Made by a program: the position numbers and the translations under genes. From Deltaproteobacteria bacterium (GTDB lineage Bacteria; Desulfobacterota; Binatia; UBA1149; SPBQ01), in the NCBI GenBank assembly GCA_029262375.1, contig JAJCZM010000046.1, forward strand, positions 1,367 through 65,366: DNA of 64,000 nucleotides, read 5' to 3'. Below, piece by piece: positions 35,615-42,578 of this stretch. The notes below the pieces were generated by a model. That model was not told the origin of the DNA, did no database searches, and saw only the letters and a list, made by a program, of their open reading frames with translations. Numbering within the stretch: position 1 is the first letter of the stretch; each line of letters starts with the position of its first letter.

Positions 35615-36994
35615 ATGAAGCACCTGTTCACCGCCGCCCTCACTCTACTTCTTCTCGCCACAACATCTCTCACCGCCTCAGCGTCGAACTGCGGTCAGCC
35701 CGTCAGTGACGGCGACGCCCCGCGAGCCGTCGACGCGCTGCACATTCTGCGTTCCTCGGTCGGAGATCGTGATTGCACGCTCAGGGCCTGCGACGTAAAC
35801 GGCGACTGCCGCGTCAGTGCCGGCGATGCCCTGCGGACCCTGTCAGCTGCCGTGGGCTTCAACTCCGGCGGCTACTGCGACGCCGAATGCCCGGCCGAGA
35901 AACGCTGCGAATCCTCCGGCGCCCCCATGTGCAACGGCACGTGCCCCGCCGGTTACGTCTGCACGGCCGATCTCACCGACGAGGTCGAGCCGGACGTGCG
36001 CGCGACGATCTGCCACGTGCCGCCTGGGAACCCTGAGAACGCGCACAGTCTGCTCGTGGGACTCGATGCGGTTGCCGCTCACCTGGCACATGGAGACTAC
36101 CTCGGGCCCTGCGACAACGACGGCCGCTTCGAGGCCGATCACAAGCGCGACAAGGATCACGACAGCGACTCAGATTCCGACAGCGACAGCGACTCCGATT
36201 CTGACGACAACGAGTTCGTAGAGTGCATCTGCGAACCGCGCATGGTCTCCACGACGACGCTGCCGGTCGCAACGACGACCACGACGACGCTCGACGAGGC
36301 AACGACGACGACGACCACGACTACGACCTCGACCACACTCGAGGCCGGTGACGATTCGGACAACGACGGTCTCGGCGACGACGTCGATCCGTGTAACGAC
36401 GATGCTCGCAACGCCTGCTTCGGCGAGGCCGCCGTCGACGCAGCAACGGGGAACGTCATCCGCATCAATGCGAACCCCTCAACCAGCGACGAATGCGCGG
36501 GCGAGCGTGTCGATTGCAACGGGCAGACCTGGAACGCCGACTTCGGCTTCAACGACGCGGGCGACGGCAACGGCGCGTGCTCGCTAGGCGGCGGCGAGCC
36601 GAACTGTGTGATCACCGGAATCACAGAGATATTCGGGTGCGAAGACGATGCGACCGAAGATCTGCTGCAATGCGAGCACTTCGACCGACCGGCCGACCCG
36701 GAACTCAGATACTCCTTCAACGTGCCCAACGGCAGCTACCTCGTGAACCTCTTGTTCGCGAACACGTTCGAAGAAACGGCCGCGCCGGGCGCCCGCGTCT
36801 TCGCCATCACGGTCGAGGGCAATGTCGTTTACCCCGCGTTCGACCAGGTGGTCGCGGCGGGCGGCAGCGGGCGCGCGGTAGTGCGATCGGTTGTGGTTTC
36901 GGTCGACGACGGTGACGGTCTGTCGATCGAATTCGGGCACATCACACAAAACCCAAGCGTGAAAGCCATCGAAATTCTCGTGGCAACTCCATGA
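35615..36994 (+). CDS. Secreted modular protein with signal peptide, Cys-bracketed dockerin-like module, CHxPPGNP..AHLAHGD motif, SD-repeat, poly-Thr linker, TSP3-like Ca site and malectin-like domain
   Basis: Signal peptide MKHLFTAALTLLLLATTSLTASA. Dockerin-like CDVNGDCRVSAGDALRTLSAAVG. Linkers DSDSDSDSDSDSDSD and TTTTTTTTTS. TSP3-like DDSDNDGLGDDVDPC. Malectin-like IRINAN...YSFNVPNGSYLVNLLFANTF...GARVFAITVEGNVV...DGDGLSIEF...PSVKAIEIL. Confidence 0.8.
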   Translation: MKHLFTAALTLLLLATTSLTASASNCGQPVSDGDAPRAVDALHILRSSVGDRDCTLRACDVNGDCRVSAGDALRTLSAAVGFNSGGYCDAECPAEKRCESSGAPMCNGTCPAGYVCTADLTDEVEPDVRATICHVPPGNPENAHSLLVGLDAVAAHLAHGDYLGPCDNDGRFEADHKRDKDHDSDSDSDSDSDSDSDDNEFVECICEPRMVSTTTLPVATTTTTTLDEATTTTTTTTTSTTLEAGDDSDNDGLGDDVDPCNDDARNACFGEAAVDAATGNVIRINANPSTSDECAGERVDCNGQTWNADFGFNDAGDGNGACSLGGGEPNCVITGITEIFGCEDDATEDLLQCEHFDRPADPELRYSFNVPNGSYLVNLLFANTFEETAAPGARVFAITVEGNVVYPAFDQVVAAGGSGRAVVRSVVVSVDDGDGLSIEFGHITQNPSVKAIEILVATP

Positions 36995-37015
36995 TTACGT
37001 TGTAGTTAGCGCGCG

Positions 37016-37042
37016 CAGGCCCCGTGAGTGCACGGGTGCCTG
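37016..37042 (+). terminator. Hairpin downstream of gene 35615-36994 (terminator-like)
   Basis: CAGGCCCCGTG agtg CACGGG(t)GCCTG, followed by an A/T-richer stretch. Confidence 0.45.
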
Positions 37043-37123
37043 TGCTAAGTAAAGTTTACCGCAGGCATTCTGGATGGGACTCTGTTGGGGTGGCTAGCTC
37101 TTCGTAGGGCTGCCTCCACCTAA

Positions 37124-38428
37124 ATGCAGAGAAATTTTGCCGCAGCCATCGTCTTCGAATGTCTGCTTGCGTGCTTCGTCACGCTCCTACATCCAACCCA
37201 CGGCCAAGCCGGCTGTGGCACTCCGGTGAGTGGACAGTCTTCGCCCCGGGCTACCGACGCGTTGCGCATCCTGAGCGCATCGGTGGGCACGTCGACTTGC
37301 ACGCTCGGGTCTTGCGACGTCAACCGCGACTGCGTCATCAGTGCCAGCGACGCACTCAACACGCTCCTGGCCGCGATCGGTACGCCTGCCATGCTCGATT
37401 GCAGCGCGGCCTGTCCGAGCCCGACGCCCTGCGAAAGCGCGGCCTCGAACATCTGCAACGGCACTTGCCCCTACGGCATGGCCTGCGCCGCTTCTGAGAG
37501 CAGCAGTCTGGCTCCCGACCCGCGTGTCACCGTCTGCCACGGTGTACCTCGGCGAACCTCCACCGTACCGCTCGGCGCGCTCGACGATCATCTTGCTCAC
37601 GGTGATGCCCTGCGCGCCTGTGAACAAGCGAATTCGCAAAGCGCTGCGCCCGTTCTCAGCAACTCGCTTGGCGGCGCCTCGGGCACGGTGAGTGCGTGCA
37701 GCTGCGTGGTGGTAGAGGTTCCCACTACCACCACCACCACCACGAGTACCTCGACATCCGTCACATTGCCGGCCGCTCCGGCCGACGACAGCGACAACGA
37801 CGGGCTCGTTGATAGCGAAGACCCCTGCCCCACCGAGCCACTCAACGAGTGTTTCGGCCACGTCGCCATCGACACGAGCACACAGTTGCCCGTACGTCTG
37901 AACGCCAATGCCGCCGACCTCACCGAATGCGGCGGCAACCGCATCGATTGCACCGGCCGCGTCTGGCTCGCCGACTTTGGCTACAACAAGCGATTCACCG
38001 GTTCGGATTGCGACATCAATATCGCCGGCCAAGGCTGCTCGATCAGGAACACGTCCGACATCTTCGGCTGCTCTAACAAATCGACGGAGGACGTTCTGCT
38101 CTGCGAGCACTTCGATCGTGCCCCCGAGCCAAACCTCATCTATTCCTTTAACGTCCCTAACGGCCGCTACCTGGTGAATTTCCTGTTCGCCAACACGTTC
38201 AAGGAAACTCGCACCGTGGGGAGCCGACTATTCAACGTCGCCATCGAGGGGGCGATCGTCCTGGAGAACTTCGACCAAGTCGCGACTGCCGGCGGTAGCC
38301 GGATCGCAATCGTTCGGTCTATCGTCGTAGAGATCTCCGACGGCGACGGAATGCAGATCGAATTCGGACATGTCGTCGAGAATCCGACGGTAAAGGCCAT
38401 CGAGATCCTCACTAATTCCGCCTTCTGA
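37124..38428 (+). CDS. Secreted dockerin-like + malectin-like protein (paralog of 35615-36994)
   Basis: Same order of modules as the upstream gene: CGTPVSGQSSPRATDALRILSASVG...CDVNRDCVISASDALNTLLAAIG, VCHGVP...DDHLAHGDALRAC, TTTTTTTSTSTS, DDSDNDGLVDSEDPC, VRLNAN...YSFNVPNGRYLVNFLFANTF...VKAIEIL. Confidence 0.8.
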   Translation: MQRNFAAAIVFECLLACFVTLLHPTHGQAGCGTPVSGQSSPRATDALRILSASVGTSTCTLGSCDVNRDCVISASDALNTLLAAIGTPAMLDCSAACPSPTPCESAASNICNGTCPYGMACAASESSSLAPDPRVTVCHGVPRRTSTVPLGALDDHLAHGDALRACEQANSQSAAPVLSNSLGGASGTVSACSCVVVEVPTTTTTTTSTSTSVTLPAAPADDSDNDGLVDSEDPCPTEPLNECFGHVAIDTSTQLPVRLNANAADLTECGGNRIDCTGRVWLADFGYNKRFTGSDCDINIAGQGCSIRNTSDIFGCSNKSTEDVLLCEHFDRAPEPNLIYSFNVPNGRYLVNFLFANTFKETRTVGSRLFNVAIEGAIVLENFDQVATAGGSRIAIVRSIVVEISDGDGMQIEFGHVVENPTVKAIEILTNSAF

Positions 38429-38700
38429 GCGAACCGCAACGGCAATGCCTGCGCGTCTGCTTCGCCGTTCGCCCTACACTAGTGCGCAACACGGACGTCA
38501 AAGCGGCGGCCGAGTGTCATCAGCGTGGCGCAGGCGTCTACCTCCGCCTTAGAAAAGTCGCGGAAAACACAGATGTCAGGCCTACGTTCTTCCGGCCGCA
38601 TCTTTGCTCTACTAGCCCCGCTCGGCCCATTCAGGTCGAAGCCCACAAGGGAAAGCTCATCACCAACGCCGAGAGCGTGTGACGAGGGGGAACACTAGGG

Positions 38701-41310
38701 ATGCACAATTTGTTGCGCAAGATCATGACACTGACCGCCATTGCGGCAGTGATTACACTAACACTCGCTCCACGAGTCGAGGCCGCATGCGGCGACTTCG
38801 ACGGCAGCGGTTCGGTCACAGCGACCGATGCCCTGGGGATTCTGAGCACCGCGGTCGGCATCTCCGACTGTGCAATGGCTCGCTGCGATATCGATTCTAG
38901 TGGCGCCGTCACTGCAACCGATGCACTCGCGGTGCTTGGCAGCGCGGTTGGCCAGCCAATATCGCTGGTTTGCCCCGGAGTGGCGGTCACCCAAATCAGT
39001 GAGCTCCCTCGTGCCACAGGCGCGGTGGTTCCGGCTGACAACGCGGCCGGCTTTACCGCCAGCCTCGCCGAAGGTGATGCCCCGAGCGGTATTCTTCTGG
39101 GAGCGATCAGCGAGAACTTCGGAGCTGGGAGCTCAATGGCAGCTTGCCAGATCGCCAACATGACGAGCATTGCCATGACGTCGGCCGCCGAGGCCGACAA
39201 AATCCTTTGCTACATCCAAGCGGCATTCGACGGCATCGAGTCGCTCGAAGGCGGCACGATCGACATCTACGACGGCGAGTACCACACATTGGCACTCGAC
39301 ATCATCAACGATGACTTCGGTCCCGGCGGCCCGGGCGGTCCTGGCGGTCCAGGCGGCGGCGGTCCCAGCCTGATCAAGATGAAGCTCGAACGCAGCGGCG
39401 AGTCGATCACCGGCTTCGAACTGTTCGCATGCGAAGATCGCGACGGCGAGTCCGTTCAGAGCGAGTACATCAGCCAGAACATCAGCAGCACCGACTTCTC
39501 GATGGTCGCCAAAGGCCTGCGCGAAGACGACTGGGGCAGCAACGCCCACCAAGTCGTGGTCAACGGCGACCTCAATGACGCCGGCCTGTTCGTCGGCACC
39601 AAGCTGATCACGATGAGTTACTCGAGCGCATGGGGTGAGGAAGCCGAAGGCTATGGTCGCATGGTAGTCGGCCAAGGCGCCGGCACACTCGACCTTGACG
39701 GCTTCGATGCGGGATCGCACCAGAATCCTTTCGAGGACGAGGAACAGGTCTACTCGCACCGAGTAACCTCGGATGCAGAACTCTACGACCACAACGTTGC
39801 AGGCGACGACTACGAGATCGGCCTGCTGGCGATTGGCACGGGCGCGGCAAAGATCGGCTCGCGCCACGGTACGCGCTATTCCTGGCAAGACTTCACCGAG
39901 GTCGAAGGTTGGGACGGCGAGACCACGCTGATCGACTACGATCTCGCGGAAGCTTTCGTGGATCTCGTACTTGATACCGACCTGCCTGAGGTCGAGGACG
40001 TAGAAATCGCGTTCGCCGAAACGGAGTCTTTCGGCTGCGACGAGGCGCCCGAGGCCACCGTCACGATCGACATGGCGGTGACGCAGACGATGTGTAACCA
40101 CCTCGAACTCGAGAAGGAATGGTTCGACTGTTGGAACACAGTCAACGGTAACGGCGGTCCCGTCGGTGAGCCCGGCCCCGGCCCTGGTCCCGGTCCCGGC
40201 GACGGCGGCCCCCCGCTCTGCGAAGGTGAAGGCTGCAGTTGCTCCGAAGCCGGCATTTGCGGCGGACAAGCCCCCGGCGGTTGTTGGTGCGATGCGGCGT
40301 GCTTCGATAGCGGCGACTGCTGCTTCGATGCCTGCGACACCTGCGGGTCCTGCGGCGGCGGCGGCGGATGCCCGCCTGAAGACCCGAATTGTGGCGGCGG
40401 ATGCCCGCCCGAAGACCCGAACTGTGGCGGCGGCAAATGCGGCGACGGCTACTGCGAGGAGTGGGAAGACGGCTGGAACTGTCCGGAGGACTGCGGATTG
40501 CCTTGCGATCCTTCGGTCGATCCCGACTGTTTCCCGTCCTGCGACCCGAGTGTAGATCCCGACTGCTTCATGCCGTGTGAGCCTGGTGATCCGGAGTGCT
40601 TCCCGGGATGCCCGCCTGAGGACCCCGCTTGCGACGCCTACTTCTGCGGTGACGGCCTTTGCGACGTCGGCGAAGATGGTTGGAACTGTCCGGAAGATTG
40701 CGGTCAAGCCTGCCCTCCCGGCGACAGCAGCTGCGAGCCGCAGTGCAATCCGGACATCGACCCACAGTGTGCGCCCAGCGACTGCGGTGACGGTCACTGC
40801 GACGAGTACGAAGACGAGTGGAGTTGCCCGATGGACTGCAGCGACGGCACCGGTTGCGATCCGGCGACCGATCCGGATTGCGGCCCCCCGCCCTGCGGCG
40901 ATGGCTACTGCGATCCGGGCGAGGACGACTGGAGTTGCCCGATGGATTGCGGCGACGGCACCGGCTGCGATCCGGCGACCGATCCCAATTGCGGACCTCC
41001 GCCCTGCGGCGACGGGATCTGTGAGCCGGGCGAGGACGACTGGAGTTGCCCGAGCGACTGCAGCTTCGATCCGGGTTGCGATCCGGCGACCGATCCCAAC
41101 TGCGGTGTCGCGGCCTGCGGCGACGGCTACTGCGAGCCCGGTGAGGACGAGTTGAACTGCCCGAGCGATTGCAGCTTCGATCCGGGTTGCGATCCGGCGA
41201 CCGATCCCAACTGCGTACCGCCGCCTGCCGACCACTGCGGAGACGGCGTCTGCGATCCGGCATGGGATGAGGGGGAGGCCAACTGTCCGGTCGATTGCGG
41301 CCCGCAGTAG
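38701..41310 (+). CDS. Large secreted protein with a canonical-looking double dockerin-like module, an unassigned ~400-aa central region and a C-terminal array of Cys-rich mini-modules
   Basis: Signal peptide. CGDFDGSGSVTATDALGILSTAVG...CDIDSSGAVTATDALAVLGSAVG has two DxDxSGxxxxxD loops each followed by a DAL helix. GPGG/GPGP linkers are present. A GAGGGGG SD lies upstream. Confidence 0.8.
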   Translation: MHNLLRKIMTLTAIAAVITLTLAPRVEAACGDFDGSGSVTATDALGILSTAVGISDCAMARCDIDSSGAVTATDALAVLGSAVGQPISLVCPGVAVTQISELPRATGAVVPADNAAGFTASLAEGDAPSGILLGAISENFGAGSSMAACQIANMTSIAMTSAAEADKILCYIQAAFDGIESLEGGTIDIYDGEYHTLALDIINDDFGPGGPGGPGGPGGGGPSLIKMKLERSGESITGFELFACEDRDGESVQSEYISQNISSTDFSMVAKGLREDDWGSNAHQVVVNGDLNDAGLFVGTKLITMSYSSAWGEEAEGYGRMVVGQGAGTLDLDGFDAGSHQNPFEDEEQVYSHRVTSDAELYDHNVAGDDYEIGLLAIGTGAAKIGSRHGTRYSWQDFTEVEGWDGETTLIDYDLAEAFVDLVLDTDLPEVEDVEIAFAETESFGCDEAPEATVTIDMAVTQTMCNHLELEKEWFDCWNTVNGNGGPVGEPGPGPGPGPGDGGPPLCEGEGCSCSEAGICGGQAPGGCWCDAACFDSGDCCFDACDTCGSCGGGGGCPPEDPNCGGGCPPEDPNCGGGKCGDGYCEEWEDGWNCPEDCGLPCDPSVDPDCFPSCDPSVDPDCFMPCEPGDPECFPGCPPEDPACDAYFCGDGLCDVGEDGWNCPEDCGQACPPGDSSCEPQCNPDIDPQCAPSDCGDGHCDEYEDEWSCPMDCSDGTGCDPATDPDCGPPPCGDGYCDPGEDDWSCPMDCGDGTGCDPATDPNCGPPPCGDGICEPGEDDWSCPSDCSFDPGCDPATDPNCGVAACGDGYCEPGEDELNCPSDCSFDPGCDPATDPNCVPPPADHCGDGVCDPAWDEGEANCPVDCGPQ
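40200..41307 (+). repeat. Cys-rich repeat array with 7 copies of CGDGxCxxxE(D/E)xxxCPxDC, interleaved with CDPATDPxC, CDPSVDPDCF and CPPEDPNCGGG units
   Basis: Read from the translation: CGDGYCEEWEDGWNCPEDCG, CGDGLCDVGEDGWNCPEDCG, CGDGHCDEYEDEWSCPMDCS, CGDGYCDPGEDDWSCPMDCG, CGDGICEPGEDDWSCPSDCS, CGDGYCEPGEDELNCPSDCS, CGDGVCDPAWDEGEANCPVDCG. Confidence 0.85.
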
Positions 41311-41376
41311 CGCGCAACGAACTGAGAGGGGTGTAGCCATCGGCTTCCGAGCCGCCTGACTACCTAGCCCGCCAAC

Positions 41377-41416
41377 GGGCGGTGCTCCACACGAGCACCG
41401 CCCGTTTTTCTTTTTG
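41377..41416 (+). terminator. Rho-independent terminator after gene 38701-41310
   Basis: Perfect 11-bp stem GGGCGGTGCTC cacac GAGCACCGCCC, followed by gTTTTTcTTTTTg. Confidence 0.85.
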
Positions 41417-41432
41417 TGCTAACCTATGCGGG

Positions 41433-42578
41433 ATGCGCCGCGCCGGACGGACCGTAGTATTCCTCGTATTCCTGGTCGCGGCGGCGACCTGGTCATCGAG
41501 TTCGATGTTCGCTCTGGGCAACATCGTGCATCCCGACCGCCCTGTCATGGCGGTGACCGTTCCGAGCGCACTGGTCCGGCCCCTCAACACTCTCGCGATC
41601 CACAGCAGACGACCCCGCTCGATTTCCGTAGCGCTGCTGAGCGATTCGACGGCGATCGCTTACCCCGAGGGCAAGCGTATCCACGATCGCTTGTCGCAAA
41701 ATCTCGCCTCTCGCTGGACAGGCCGAGCATCCGTCTACGTTGCGTCGCTCAGTTCCTTGGGCATGACGCCGGCGGGCTTCTACCTCCTAGCCGATCCGAT
41801 CACGGCTGCGCATCCCGATGTCGCGATCGTGACCTTCAATCTCGGGCTGGCGCGTAGTCGGCTTGCCGCCAGCCTGCAGCGTCCCGAGTTGGCGGGCTGG
41901 GTGCTTGCGCGCCGCTGGTGGCAGACGCTGATTGAGCTCGACCTGCATAAATATGGTGTCACCGCAGACCGCCTTCTCCTGTACCGCCTCTTCGTGCTCA
42001 GCGGTCAGACAAGTCGCTGGCTCGAGCAGAGCTCGCAGCAGGCACGGCTGGGAGCTTTGCGCCAAGCGGTAGAACAACTGTTTGCAGATCGATTCGACTT
42101 CACGGGCGACCTCGCCGCACGCCGAGCGCGCGCGACGCTCACCTACATGGAGGAGATGGCGCCGGGTTTGCCCCCGCGTCGCAGCGCGCGAAGCGCACAA
42201 CGGTACTACAGCGAAGTCATGGACGGACTCAGCGAAGACCACTGGGTCGCCGAGATAACTCGCGCGCTACTACAACAACTCGCACGCGCCGGCACACAGA
42301 CAATTCTCTACGTTCCGCCCATCAATGTAGAGTACGCGAAGTCGCTCGGAGCTTACGATGAGGCCGGTATTGGGAGAACGCTCGCAATGCTCGAGCAGTT
42401 GGCGCTCGATACGGGAGCAGAGTTCGCCGACCTGCACGACTTACTTCCGGATGTAGCGTTTCGCGATACCGGCGGGCATTTCACGCACGAACCACCGTAC
42501 GACGGTCCACAACTGGTCGCTGAAGCCTTGACCCCGTACGTCGAGCTTCTGGTGCGAGACGTGTCCACGAATCGCTGA
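41433..42578 (+). CDS. Membrane-anchored SGNH/DltD/AlgJ-like putative O-acyltransferase partner
   Basis: N-terminal anchor. VALLSDSTA resembles block I (GDS) and RDTGGHFT resembles block V (DxxH). Its stop overlaps the MBOAT start by 1 nt. Start trimmed to 41433, downstream of the terminator. Confidence 0.5.
   Translation: MRRAGRTVVFLVFLVAAATWSSSSMFALGNIVHPDRPVMAVTVPSALVRPLNTLAIHSRRPRSISVALLSDSTAIAYPEGKRIHDRLSQNLASRWTGRASVYVASLSSLGMTPAGFYLLADPITAAHPDVAIVTFNLGLARSRLAASLQRPELAGWVLARRWWQTLIELDLHKYGVTADRLLLYRLFVLSGQTSRWLEQSSQQARLGALRQAVEQLFADRFDFTGDLAARRARATLTYMEEMAPGLPPRRSARSAQRYYSEVMDGLSEDHWVAEITRALLQQLARAGTQTILYVPPINVEYAKSLGAYDEAGIGRTLAMLEQLALDTGAEFADLHDLLPDVAFRDTGGHFTHEPPYDGPQLVAEALTPYVELLVRDVSTNR

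Noticed and set aside
37187-38110. 307-aa ORF antisense to the second malectin-like gene
   Set aside because: It is a shadow ORF with Arg/Ala/Gly-rich content. The sense frame has paralog support.
39133-41340. 735-aa ORF antisense to the 38701-41310 gene
   Set aside because: It translates to Ala/Arg/Gly/Val-rich low-complexity sequence with no signal or motifs. It is a by-product of the GC-rich, repeat-rich sense frame, which has a signal peptide, dockerin-like module and ordered Cys repeats.
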